64,000 nt of DNA from Gammaproteobacteria bacterium (GTDB taxonomy: Bacteria; Pseudomonadota; Gammaproteobacteria; Eutrophobiales; Eutrophobiaceae), in NCBI GenBank assembly GCA_965222155.1, contig CBDCTH010000012.1, forward strand, positions 1,536,001 through 1,600,000, given 5' to 3'. Both the position numbers and the translations under genes were made by a program. This document shows, piece after piece, positions 1 through 9,967 of the stretch. The notes under the pieces are model-generated. The model made no database searches. It had not been told where the DNA came from and was given only the letters and a program-made list of their open reading frames with translations. Numbering within the stretch: the stretch's first letter is position 1; each line of letters starts with the position of its first letter.

Positions 1-1
1 G

Positions 2-2036
2 GGCAGCGGGGCGGACACGGCGGCCTACACCGACTCGGACGCCGCGGTGCAGGTGGACTTGCGCGCCGGGACGGCCACGGGCGGTCATGCCCAGGGCGAC
101 ACCCTGACGGGCATTGAGCACCTGCGCGGCTCGGCGCACGCGGATGTGCTGCGCGGGGACGACGGCGCCAACCGGCTGTGGGGCGGCGCCGGGGATGACA
201 AGCTGGTGGGGCTGGGTGGTCATGACTGGCTGTATGGCGAGGCGGGCGCTGACCGCCTGTTCGGCAGCTGGGGGGACGACATACTGGCCGGCGGCGCCGG
301 GGCGGACGTGCTGGACGGTGAAGGCGGTACCGATACGCTGTCCTATGCCGGCTCGGCGTCAGGGGTGGCGGTCAACCTGGCCACCGGTACGGTATCGGGC
401 GGGGATGCCCAGGGTGACACGATTGCCAGCGTTGAGAACGTGCTCGGCTCGGCGCAGGCCGATGTGCTGGTCGGGAACGGCAGTGCCAACCGGCTGGGCG
501 GCGGCGGCGGGGATGATACCTTACGCGGGGCCGGGGGCGCCGACACCCTGGCCGGGGGCAGCGGGGCGGACACCTTCCACTACAAGGCAGCGGCGGACTC
601 GACCGTGGCCAATCCGGACCGGATTGTGGACTTCTCAGGTAGTGACGGGGACGGTGACCAACTGGACTTATCCGGCCTGGGCAACAACCTGACGTTTATC
701 GGCACGGCGGCCTTCTCCAACAGTGCGGGCGAGGTGCGCTCTGTGCAGCGCGGCGCGGCCACAAGCAGCAACACTGGCGATGATTACACCGACGTACTGG
801 TGGACCTGGACGGCAACGGTACAGCGAATGTCAAGCTCACCCTGGTCGGATTACACAGCCTGACGCTGGATGACCTGCGGGGGGTGCGCGCCGCGCCCCC
901 TGCACCGGCCGACCCCCCTGCGCCCCCGCCTGAGCCGAGTGGCCCGGCGCCTATTGTCGGGACAGCGGGTAACGATGCCTTGCACGGGGATGCCCAGGCC
1001 AACGTCCTGCGCGGGCTGGCCGGCCAGGACGTCCTGGCCGGTCAGGGCGGCGCCGACACCCTGGACGGGGGCAGCGGGGAGGACACCGCGTCCTACACCG
1101 ACTCGGACGCCGCGGTGCGGGTGGACCTGGGGCGCGGCACGGCGAGCGGCGGCCATGCCGACGGGGACACGTTCATCAGCATCGAGCATGTCATCGGCTC
1201 GGCCCATGGCGATACGCTGCGCGGCGATGCCGGCGACAACACGCTGCGCGGGCTGGCCGGCGACGACACCCTGGCCGGCAACGGCGGGCGCGACGTGCTG
1301 GACGGCGGCGCCGGCAATGACACGCTGGCCGGCGGCGGCGGGGCGGACCGCTTCTACGGCAGTGGCGGCGCCGACGTGCTGGACGGCGGGACCCATTACG
1401 ACCTGGTGTCGTATGCGCACTCACCCGCCGGGGTGCGGGTGGACGTGCAGCTCGGCACCGGCGCCGGCGGGGATGCCGAGGGCGACACGCTCACCAGCAT
1501 CGAGAGCGTCATCGGCTCGGCGCACGATGACGAGCTCCGGGGCGACTACGGCAACAACCTGCTGTCCGGCCTGGCCGGTAACGACCGGTTGGTGGGGCAG
1601 GGCGGGCGCGACATGCTGTATGGCGGGGGCGGTGATGACACGCTGGACGGCGGCGCCGGGGACGACAGGCTGAAGGGCGATGGCGGCAGCGACCGGCTCA
1701 GCGGCGGGTCGGGGGCGGACATTTTCTGGTTTATCAGCGCGCCCGACTCGACCCCGGCGACCCCGGACCAGGTGCTGGATTTCTCAGGGAAGGGGGGTGA
1801 CGGCGACCGGCTGGACCTGGTCCGACCTGGGCAACGACCTGGCCTTCATCGGCACGGCGGCCTTTACCGACACACCGGGGCAGGTGCGCTATAGCCAGCG
1901 CGGCGCCGGCACGGGCGGCAACACCGACGATGACTACACCGACGTGTTGGCCGATCTGAACGGCGACGGCGCGGCCGACTTCATGCTGAGCCTGGTTGGG
2001 CTGCACAGCCTGACCGACAACGACTTCATCGTGTGA
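2..2036 (+). CDS. RTX/hemolysin-type Ca2+-binding repeat protein, 5'-truncated by the window, with a +1 frameshift near 1820
   Basis: Many GGxGxDxL nonapeptides; a serralysin-like C-terminal beta domain occurs twice with a Pro-rich linker. ORF 47..1894 continues in the frame of ORF 1680..2036 (SDLGNDLAFIGTAAF...TDNDFIV) after an extra G in ctggacctgGtcc. Confidence 0.85.
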
Positions 2037-2330
2037 GCCGGGTCCGGCAGCCGTCAACGTGACCCGCGCTGCGGTCGTAGTCCGCGCGTCAGCCCAGTGA
2101 ACAACGCCAGAGGCAGACAGCTGTTTGTCATCCTGCAGACAGTCTCGATTTTCGATGCGCTTAAAAGGGTATTCACCGGCGCCGGGGAATGCGCCGAATG
2201 GCGCCGGGTCTGGTTTGCCGCATCATCAGTCCTGCTGTCAGCCTGGTCTGTGCAGCAGTTCCCGCTGATGTTATCAGCACGCAGGTGCGCCCGCTCACTC
2301 GAGGTCAATACAATGATGGTTGCCGGATTC

Positions 2331-2453
2331 GGGCAGACTCTGACCCTAACGGGGCCTGTTTCCCTGCAAGACAGGGGGGACAGATTTAAATCTGTCCCCC
2401 AGGAGTCACGGGGCCTGTTTCCCTGGGAGGGAGGGCAGGAGGCCCTCGCTCCC
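2331..2453. repeat. Mosaic of three different palindromes separated by two identical 18-bp direct repeats
   Basis: gggcagactctgaccc (2331), ACGGGGCCTGTTTCCCTG (2349, 2408), gggggacagatttaaatctgtccccc (2375-2400), gggagggagggcaggaggccctcgctccc (2425-2453). Confidence 0.85.
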
Positions 2454-2527
2454 GGGCGTTAGCGGGAACGGCTGCTCAGCACGTCGCGCGCTTGCCTTCG
2501 GTCTGCTGTTTCACATACGATAACAAG

Positions 2528-3778
2528 ATGAAACTGCAACGCAGGTTATATACTATTCTTGGCCCCGGGTTGTTGATGGCTGCGGCGTCCATCGGCGTGT
2601 CACACCTGGTGCAGGCCACCCGCGCCGGCGCTATGTACGGGATGGATTTGTTGCTGTTCATCCTGCTGGCTTTTGTCATCAAGTACCCTACTTTTCGTTT
2701 CGGACATGCGTACGCGCATGCGACCGGGCAACACCTGTTGACCGGGTTCCGCAGGCAGGGAACCTGGGCAGTACTACTGTGTGCTGTGGTGATAGTCTGC
2801 GTCATGTTTACCGGGTTTGCGGCAGTCCTGCTGGTGACATCCGGGTTGGCCGTTATCAGTTTTGACCTGGACCTGCCCGTCGCCTTTGTGGCTGCCTGCA
2901 TCTGCGTTTTTTCCGGCGCCTGCCTGGTAGTTGGTCAGTATCGGTGGCTGGACGGCATCGTGAAGATAGTGCTCATCGTCCTGTTTATCTCAACCCTGAC
3001 GGCAACGGCATTAGCCGTGCCCTTATTCGAATGGCAGCACACCGACCTCTTAACCCCGGATATAGTGAACAGGTCATCACTGCTGTTCCTGGCTGCCTTG
3101 GTCGGCTTTATGCCGGCGCCGTTTGAAACCTGTCTCTGGCAGTCGTTATGGCTCCTGGAAAAGGACCAACAGGAGAACCTGTCACGTGCGGAAGTACAAC
3201 TGGATTATCATGTCGGGTATTTCTCCACGCTGTTGACCGCGGTCTGTTTCCTGCTGCTTGGCGCAGCCGTGATGCACGGGTCCGGCCAGCAGTTCTCAGC
3301 CGGCGCCGCCGAATTTTCGGCGCAACTCATCAACATCTATACGTCGCTTCTGGGCCCGTGGGCCAAGCCGCTCATTGCCATAGCAGCGTTCGCGGTCATG
3401 TTGTCAACGGTGCTGGTGATACATGACGGGTACCCGCGTACGGTGTGTGCGCTCCTGGACTGTTTTCGGGATACGGCATTACCGGAAAAACTGCGCGTCA
3501 GAATCTACCTGGGCGCAATTCTGATGATGATCCTGATTTCCCTGTCCATCTTGCTGTTTTTTATCCAGTCCTTTAAAACCCTGATCGATATCGCGACGAC
3601 CCTGGCGTTTCTCACTGCGCCGGTACTGGCCTGGTTGATTCACCGATCCATGCACTCGGAGGACGTGCCGGCAGCAATGAAACCCAGCCCGGGGCTGACC
3701 CGTTACAGCGTGGCCTGCGTCTGGGCGCTGACATTGTTTGCGGTGTTCTACCTGGGCGTGCGCCTGCTTACTATATAA
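2528..3778 (+). CDS. NRAMP-like (APC superfamily) membrane transporter
   Basis: LGPGLLMAAASIGVSHLVQATRAGA N-terminal motif and about 11 hydrophobic segments; start moved to ATG 2528. Confidence 0.75.
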   Translation: MKLQRRLYTILGPGLLMAAASIGVSHLVQATRAGAMYGMDLLLFILLAFVIKYPTFRFGHAYAHATGQHLLTGFRRQGTWAVLLCAVVIVCVMFTGFAAVLLVTSGLAVISFDLDLPVAFVAACICVFSGACLVVGQYRWLDGIVKIVLIVLFISTLTATALAVPLFEWQHTDLLTPDIVNRSSLLFLAALVGFMPAPFETCLWQSLWLLEKDQQENLSRAEVQLDYHVGYFSTLLTAVCFLLLGAAVMHGSGQQFSAGAAEFSAQLINIYTSLLGPWAKPLIAIAAFAVMLSTVLVIHDGYPRTVCALLDCFRDTALPEKLRVRIYLGAILMMILISLSILLFFIQSFKTLIDIATTLAFLTAPVLAWLIHRSMHSEDVPAAMKPSPGLTRYSVACVWALTLFAVFYLGVRLLTI

Positions 3779-3803
3779 GGGGGATAGCTTTAAACCTGTC
3801 CCC
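3779..3803. repeat. Degenerate copy of the GGGGACAGATTTAAATCTGTCCCC palindrome
   Basis: gggggatagctttaaacctgtcccc directly after the stop codon at 3778. Confidence 0.7.
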
Positions 3804-3831
3804 ATTGAGGCCCCCTGTCTGCTATCCGGTA

Positions 3832-5060
3832 ATGAAGAAAGTTGTAGCAAACAGCATTACGGATAACGCCGAACGCCTACCACACAATCCGGCGCTTATC
3901 GACCGGGGCAGGACATATCCCTTCCTGCAGCAGGCAAATCGGGTCTGCCAGCGGTCGATGCGCTGGAGCAAGCCGGTTGCCGGCGCCGGGACCGGATTGC
4001 CGTTCTGTCCCGTAACTGTGCCGAGTACCTGGAAATCTACGGCGCCTGTGAGTTGGGCGGGTGTATTGCAGCGCCGGTCAACCATCGGCTGACGGCGGCC
4101 GAAATCAACCATATAGTCGGCGATACCACAGCGATGTTCTATAGTGCAGAATATCTGCAACTGGCCCACCACCTGCACGGTGCGGCCAGTTACATACAAC
4201 AGGAGTTTAACCCGGCTGTCATCTGGGACACCCTGCAAACGGAAGGCATTACCACCCTGCAACTGGTTCCGACCATGATCGAAATGCTGCTTGCCGATGA
4301 CTATGCAGCCAGTCGTAATCCGACCCGGGTGAAGACTATTTTCTATTCCACCGCGCCGATAAGGGAAGCATTATTGAGGAAGGCCCGGGCCGTATTCGGC
4401 CCGGTCTTTATCCAGCAATACGGTTCCACAGAGGGTGGTTCCGTATCGACCCTGACGAAGAACCAGCACCAGCCTGACGGAACTGGAGAACAGCAACGCC
4501 GCCTGTTGTCCGCCGGCCAGGTCTGTGACGGTGTGGAGATTAAGATCGTCAAGTCAGACGGGACCGTTGCCGATACCGGCGAGACGGGCGAGATTGTCGT
4601 GCGTCATCCCGATATCATGCTGGAATACTGGAACGATCCGAAAGTAACCGCTGCATCCATAAGGGACGGCTGGCTGGGCATGGGAGATATAGGGTACCTG
4701 GATGATCAGGGGTTTCTGTTCATTGTCGACCGTAAAAAGGACATGATTATCTCCGGCGGGGAGAATATCTACCCGCGGGAAGTCGAAATCGCATTGGAAC
4801 AGCACCATGCAGTCAAGCAATGTGCCGTGATCGGCATCCCTGACAAGCGCTGGGGTGAGGCAGTCTGCGCGTTCGTGGTGTTGTGTGCAGATTGTACCGC
4901 GCAGGAGTTGACGGACCACTGTCGTAAACACATAGCGAGCTATAAGAAACCGAAAGAACTCATGTTCGTGGAAGAACCACCCCGCCTGGCCACCGGCAAG
5001 GTCGACAAGGTCAGGCTGCGCGCACCCTACTGGCAGGAACGACAATCGCAAATAATCTGA
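3832..5060 (+). pseudogene. Acyl/aryl-CoA ligase (AMP-binding) pseudogene
   Basis: N-terminus MKKVVANSITDNAERLP shifts frame near 3950 into ..DRIAVLSRNCAEYLE..; YGSTE, GDIG and DRKKDMIISGGENIYP motifs are present but the YTSGTTG P-loop region is missing (internal deletion near 4165). Confidence 0.8.
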
Positions 5061-5098
5061 TTTTCGTGCGCCGCTACCCGTACAGTGGCTAATCCGGA

Positions 5099-5830
5099 TT
5101 ATAAGGCCAGTGAACCCAGGCTGGCGCCGCCGCAGATGTACCAGGTTTGCCCGGTAATAAATCCGCTGTCTTCCTCGCATAAAAATTTGACTACGCGGCC
5201 GATGTCTTCCGGGGTTCCCAGGCGTTTGACCGGAACGCTCTGCGCGATCCTGCTCTTCTGTTCGCTGTCTTCCGGCACCAGTTCATGGAACATGTCCGTC
5301 ACGATGGGACCGGGAGCGACACAGTTTACGGTGATCCCGTCTTTAGCCAATTCCAGCGCCCAGGTGCGAACCATACCGATTTGACCGGCTTTGGTAGCGG
5401 CATAGTTTGTCCTGGTAACCAGCCCCAGTACGCCGCGGGATGATATGAGAATGATCCGGCCGTACTGTGCGCTGCGCATGGCCGGGATAAATTGTTGCGC
5501 CAGCGTGATGGCGCTACCCAGGTGCAGTTGGGTCAGGTAGTCCAGGTCCTCGAGTTTTACGTCTTCCAGTAAATCCGGACGGATCACTCCGGCATTATGA
5601 ATGAAGTCCGTTACCGCATGTTTATTCGCTATCTCCATGCCGACGTCCCGGGTTGCCTGCGGGTCAGCCAGGTCCGCGCTGTAATTGAGCAGACGTTCAC
5701 CAGAGAAGTCGGGAAGCTGCCGGGAGATATTGACGACCCGGTAACCACCGTCCAAAAAACGCCGGGTGATATCGGCCCCGATACCTCGGTTGCCACCTGT
5801 AACGACTACCACTTTATTATTATCTGTCAT
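5099..5830 (-). CDS. Short-chain dehydrogenase/reductase
   Basis: TGGNRGIG, NAG, YAATK motifs. Confidence 0.92.
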   Translation of the reverse strand: MTDNNKVVVVTGGNRGIGADITRRFLDGGYRVVNISRQLPDFSGERLLNYSADLADPQATRDVGMEIANKHAVTDFIHNAGVIRPDLLEDVKLEDLDYLTQLHLGSAITLAQQFIPAMRSAQYGRIILISSRGVLGLVTRTNYAATKAGQIGMVRTWALELAKDGITVNCVAPGPIVTDMFHELVPEDSEQKSRIAQSVPVKRLGTPEDIGRVVKFLCEEDSGFITGQTWYICGGASLGSLAL

Positions 5831-5850
5831 CTTTTATCTCTCTAAGTTAT

Positions 5851-5879
5851 CCATCATTCCGGCGCAAGCTGGAATCCAG
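5851..5879. repeat. REP-like palindrome (CNTCATTCCGGCGCAAGCNGGAATCCAG type)
   Basis: ccatcattccggcgcaagctggaatccag; same unit as inside the 206-bp MITEs. Confidence 0.75.
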
Positions 5880-5901
5880 CCAATACCGTCACGTTTTACT
5901 C

Positions 5902-6336
5902 CTACAGGAGCTCGCTGAATTCGACTGCCGGATCAGCATCCGGCGACGTAGCAAAAAAAACGACCTGACCGGATTTATCCGGCCTGTTGGCGATCCGCAC
6001 CCTACTCCCTGTGTGCAAGGAATCCGCAGCCAGGTATGCAAACAGAACAGGACCACAATCCAGTTTTATCATCCCTGTGTGTAAAGGCAATATATCCTTG
6101 AAAAACCGGTTGGTGCTGGCATGGGTTGTGGTCCAGGAAAGCACCGTGCCCAACGAACTGACTTGTTGCCATAGTAACGTGCTGGTTAAGCAGTGATGAC
6201 AGAACTCCTGCGGGGGATACTGAACCTCATCACACCTGCTACAGACCTGTAGCTTGAATAGCCCATCCCTGGCTGCCTGATTGACCTGCTGCCACAAGGA
6301 GGAGCGTTCAGCGGGGGGGGCTGATTGATTGTTCAT
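5902..6336 (-). CDS. DUF35 Zn-ribbon/OB-fold protein (thiolase partner)
   Basis: CSRC..YPPQEFCHHC Zn ribbon followed by GTVLSWT; overlaps the thiolase stop. Confidence 0.85.
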   Translation of the reverse strand: MNNQSAPPAERSSLWQQVNQAARDGLFKLQVCSRCDEVQYPPQEFCHHCLTSTLLWQQVSSLGTVLSWTTTHASTNRFFKDILPLHTGMIKLDCGPVLFAYLAADSLHTGSRVRIANRPDKSGQVVFFATSPDADPAVEFSELL

Positions 6337-7499
6337 TCAGTTCCCCTCCCCAGGATCACGGCACTGGCACATAAACATCGATCATAATTTACCATGCCAT
6401 AACCGCTGGCCATACCGGTCTTTGCCGCGGCGACCTGGTTGGGCAAACCGGTTGAGGTCAACTGGCGGATCGTCTCAACCGTTCCCAGGAACCCACCTGC
6501 GGCGCCGGCCTGACCCGCGGACAGTTGCCCGCCTCTGGTATTGTGAGGCAGACCCCCGCCGTTCCATGTTAACGGTTGGGTACGTACAAATTCCGCTGCC
6601 GCACCTTTATCACAAAACCCCAAGTCTTCCATCTGGATCATTGAAATGACCGGGTAATCATCGTAAGTCTGCAAAAAATCAATGTCACCGGGGCCAATGC
6701 CGGCCTGTTCATACATTTGATCACGATATAATAGCCAACCACCGCGAAAATGCACGTCATCTTCAAACCAGGCATTGTGTCTCTCCCCTGCTGCCAGCAT
6801 CCTGGCATAAGGAAGACGCAGGGATTCAGCCCGGTCAACCGTCATGACCAGGAAGCCGTCCGCGCCGGCAACGGGCATGACACAGTCGAACAGGTGCAAG
6901 GGTTCACTGATGGGGCGGGCGTTCAGGTAGTCATCCATCGATAGCGCAGTACTGAAGACAGCCGTGCCTGCTGCCAACGCGTTTTCCCTCTGGGCAATAC
7001 AGATACGGCCGAAATCTTCCCGCTCAGCCCCATATTTCTCCATATAGTTGCGGGTGATCATGGCGAAAACGGTATTGGGTCCGCCGGCGCAATAAGGATA
7101 GACGGCATCTGTTGAAAACCGGCTGAAATTTTTAACGAGGTTCACGAATGTATCGGCAGTGGCGGTATCGGCGCCGATACAGGCCACGATATCGGCATCG
7201 CCCGCCTGCACTGCCCGCGCCGCGCGCCGGGCGGCTACCGGGCCGCTGGCGCCTCCCATGGGTATCTGTTCCAGCCAGCCTGGCGAGATATCCAGGTATT
7301 CCGTCATGCTGATGACGCTGTCCGGCGCCAGGGTGAAGCTGGCGATGGCCAGGCCGTCAATGTTGTGTTTTTGCAATCCGGCTGTTTCAAGCATCCTTGC
7401 AAAGGCAGTACCGATAAACCAGGCAGCACTTCGTTCACTGCGCCGCACATAAGGCAAGCTGGTCGCGGCAACCAGCGCGACATCATTATAGGGCAGCAT
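6333..7499 (-). CDS. SCP-x-like thiolase-family protein
   Basis: PLHLFDCVMPVAGADG, YDDYP, NTRGGQLSAGQ motifs; MGGASG at the catalytic Cys position. Confidence 0.88.
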   Translation of the reverse strand: MLPYNDVALVAATSLPYVRRSERSAAWFIGTAFARMLETAGLQKHNIDGLAIASFTLAPDSVISMTEYLDISPGWLEQIPMGGASGPVAARRAARAVQAGDADIVACIGADTATADTFVNLVKNFSRFSTDAVYPYCAGGPNTVFAMITRNYMEKYGAEREDFGRICIAQRENALAAGTAVFSTALSMDDYLNARPISEPLHLFDCVMPVAGADGFLVMTVDRAESLRLPYARMLAAGERHNAWFEDDVHFRGGWLLYRDQMYEQAGIGPGDIDFLQTYDDYPVISMIQMEDLGFCDKGAAAEFVRTQPLTWNGGGLPHNTRGGQLSAGQAGAAGGFLGTVETIRQLTSTGLPNQVAAAKTGMASGYGMVNYDRCLCASAVILGRGTE

Positions 7500-9159
7500 C
7501 TTTTTTCCTGCGCTTGCGCTGTCTCAAGTCGACACAACTACCCTCTTCCACGAGTCTGTTGGCAAGGGTTTTGATTTCGCCACGCTGCAGCTTCTGTGAT
7601 GCAGTCATGGGCAACTCGGTTACGAACAGGTAATAAGCCGGAACCTTGTAGTAAATCAGGTGTTCAAGGCAGAAAGCGAATAAGGCATCTGCCACAGCTT
7701 CATCGGAAGCATATTCTCCCTGTGCGGCTTCACTCAGAATAATGCAAACGCCTACTTCTTCGCCGCGCATTTCATCATAAACAGGCGTTACCGCACAATT
7801 GGCGATTGCCGGGTGCTGGAACAGGATGTTTTCCACTTCCACTGCAGCGATATTTTCACCACTGCGCCGGATGATATTTTTACGGCGATCGACAAAATGA
7901 AAGGAACCGTCCTCACTGATGCGCACAACATCGCCGGTATGGAAATATCCACCATCCCATACCCTGGCAGTTTCCTCCGGGTTTTTATAGTAGCCGGAAA
8001 AGAATCCCTTGCGCGGGTTTTCCCCCCTGGCGCGGATCAATAACTCTCCCGGTTCGCCCGCTCCGACCTCTTCTCCCTGCTCATCCACGAGGCGATACTC
8101 GATGACCTCCGGCGCCCTGCCGATGCAGCGTGTTCCGATATGGCGCGGCTCCTTATTGGCGGTGATACAAACGTGAGTGCCGGTTTCCGTCATGGCCCAA
8201 CCCTCCACCAGGGGGAAACCAAAGCGCTGTTCGAAGCGTTGCAGGTGTTTCGGATCAACCCCCGCACCGAAACCAAATTTGACCTGTTTACCCAGGTTAT
8301 CATTCTCTGTTTCCGGCTGGTTCAATAAAATTGCCGGGATCACGCCCAGGTAGTGCAGGCAGGTGGCCCCGGTAGCGCGTACTGTGTCCCACCAGGTGGA
8401 AGCATGAAAACGGTCCAGCTGAATTATGCAACCGCCACTCATGATCATGGCCATCATGGAGCATAATGCATTCATATGCACCAACGGCAGAGGAGTCAGC
8501 ATTCGCTCCTCTCCATAAGTCAGCCGGCAGTAGCCGTCTATATCAGCGTACCAATCGCCCATGCAGGTAAAGTACTCATTGTTCAGCATGCAGCCCTTGG
8601 GTTTACCCGTTGTGCCGGAGGTATAAAGTACGGCGACCTCGGTATTTCTGTCAGGCGCTGCCGTTGCTGTTTCAAGGCTGCAAGGCGATAGCTGCGCCAT
8701 TGACACGGTGTCTGCGATTGGAATAGGAACAGGGGACAGATTTAAATCTGTCCCCTGTTCGGCTGTATCCTGACGGGCCAGGGCTGCCTGCACTTTCTCC
8801 CGGTAACAGGGCAAACACAGGACGAGACAGGCATCACTGTGGCTGATCACGTAGTTGATTTCACCGGGCAGGAAGCCGGAATTGACCGGTACGACGCTGA
8901 CCCCAAGCTTATTCAAGGCAAGAAAGTGCAGGAAAAAGTCGGCGCGATTGTCCAGCATGACGGCAATTCTATGGCCGTGCCCGTATCCGGCAGCAGCATA
9001 CTGTTCACTCAATGAATTGACGGCCTGGAGAGTCTGGCTATAGGTATAGTCAACCGGGCCTTGATGATACTCCCGGGTAGCCTGGTGCGGGATGTGCAGG
9101 AAGGCCTGTGTCGAGACGTTCCTCCCGGTTTCCAGAAATTTGTTGTACACGGTAGTCAT
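7486..9159 (-). CDS. Acyl/aryl-CoA ligase (CaiC-like)
   Basis: YTSGTTGKPKG, EGWAMTE, FHTGD, RRSGENI motifs. Confidence 0.92.
   Translation of the reverse strand: MTTVYNKFLETGRNVSTQAFLHIPHQATREYHQGPVDYTYSQTLQAVNSLSEQYAAAGYGHGHRIAVMLDNRADFFLHFLALNKLGVSVVPVNSGFLPGEINYVISHSDACLVLCLPCYREKVQAALARQDTAEQGTDLNLSPVPIPIADTVSMAQLSPCSLETATAAPDRNTEVAVLYTSGTTGKPKGCMLNNEYFTCMGDWYADIDGYCRLTYGEERMLTPLPLVHMNALCSMMAMIMSGGCIIQLDRFHASTWWDTVRATGATCLHYLGVIPAILLNQPETENDNLGKQVKFGFGAGVDPKHLQRFEQRFGFPLVEGWAMTETGTHVCITANKEPRHIGTRCIGRAPEVIEYRLVDEQGEEVGAGEPGELLIRARGENPRKGFFSGYYKNPEETARVWDGGYFHTGDVVRISEDGSFHFVDRRKNIIRRSGENIAAVEVENILFQHPAIANCAVTPVYDEMRGEEVGVCIILSEAAQGEYASDEAVADALFAFCLEHLIYYKVPAYYLFVTELPMTASQKLQRGEIKTLANRLVEEGSCVDLRQRKRRKKDAAL
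8727..8760. repeat. Perfect 34-bp palindrome inside the CoA ligase CDS
   Basis: gaacaggggacagatttaaatctgtcccctgttc; core identical to the intergenic palindrome at 2375-2400. Confidence 0.9.
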
Positions 9160-9187
9160 TTATACACAAAGTCTCTGACAGTATCGG

Positions 9188-9466
9188 CTATTGCGACCTG
9201 TTTTCATCCATAGGACAGTTCTCCGAGTACAGGGCAGCAGTAAGGATGAACAGGATGATGAGCAGCGCAATAGCGATGCCGATTGACACAACACTGCCTT
9301 CTACCAGGGGTGCACCCATGAATTCCGCTGCGTAAACACAGAGAAAATCGAACCCCGGCACCAGCGCGATCAGCACAATGATCAGCCTCCGGGACAGTCC
9401 GCCGTGAGTATGCCTGAATTTCAGATATGCGGCGGAGCTAATGGATTTAGGTCGTCCTGACGGCAT
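9188..9466 (-). CDS. Small membrane protein, DUF485/YjcH-like, possibly degenerate
   Basis: Two hydrophobic helices and YAAEFMGAPLVEGSVVSIGI, resembling DUF485; no actP partner follows. Confidence 0.55.
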   Translation of the reverse strand: MPSGRPKSISSAAYLKFRHTHGGLSRRLIIVLIALVPGFDFLCVYAAEFMGAPLVEGSVVSIGIAIALLIILFILTAALYSENCPMDENRSQ

Positions 9467-9967
9467 TTACAGGTAGATAAGAATGTTTTCCAGCGGCGCA
9501 TCACAGTTGAGCAGGTCTACACGCTTGCCGGCGATCCTGAATTCATTTCCCTCAATGCGCAACCGGTGATTGTAGGAACCGGCGAAAACATCCTGTTTTT
9601 CACGCCGATACTGCAACATGACAAAGCGCGAGTTGACGCTGCACTCTCCGCTGTCTGCATCAAAATTGTCCAGGATGATATTGCTTAGCAGGTGTACACT
9701 GCGCGGCTTGGGTTGCAGGGAAAATGCGTTCGGGTGTTTATAGCGCTTGATACGTACAGCCCTGAGCAGCCCGGTCTCATAGATCAGGGAGACATGGTTG
9801 TGCGGGTCCGGTTGGTCCGGAGCCGCCGGCACCCAGTATTCGGCGTCGTCCAGGTACAAAGCGTTCCATTCCTCCCAGCGCTGCTCATCCAGCAGGCGCG
9901 CTTCATGGTACAGGAACTGTTCAATCGATTTGATATCGGGCGGGTTGCCCGGTTGTTCATTCTGCAT
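9467..9967 (-). CDS. Aromatic ring-hydroxylating oxygenase beta subunit
   Basis: IEQFLYHEARLLDEQRWEEW...YWVP...KRVDLLNCD; start at ATG 9967. Confidence 0.92.
   Translation of the reverse strand: MQNEQPGNPPDIKSIEQFLYHEARLLDEQRWEEWNALYLDDAEYWVPAAPDQPDPHNHVSLIYETGLLRAVRIKRYKHPNAFSLQPKPRSVHLLSNIILDNFDADSGECSVNSRFVMLQYRREKQDVFAGSYNHRLRIEGNEFRIAGKRVDLLNCDAPLENILIYL

Noticed and set aside
2054-2330. Short ORFs 2054..2308, 2097..2462 and 2189..2389
   Set aside because: No recognisable motif or RBS; two of them run into repeat DNA.
2349-2425. CRISPR array
   Set aside because: Only two 18-bp repeats, the spacer is itself a REP palindrome, and there are no cas genes.
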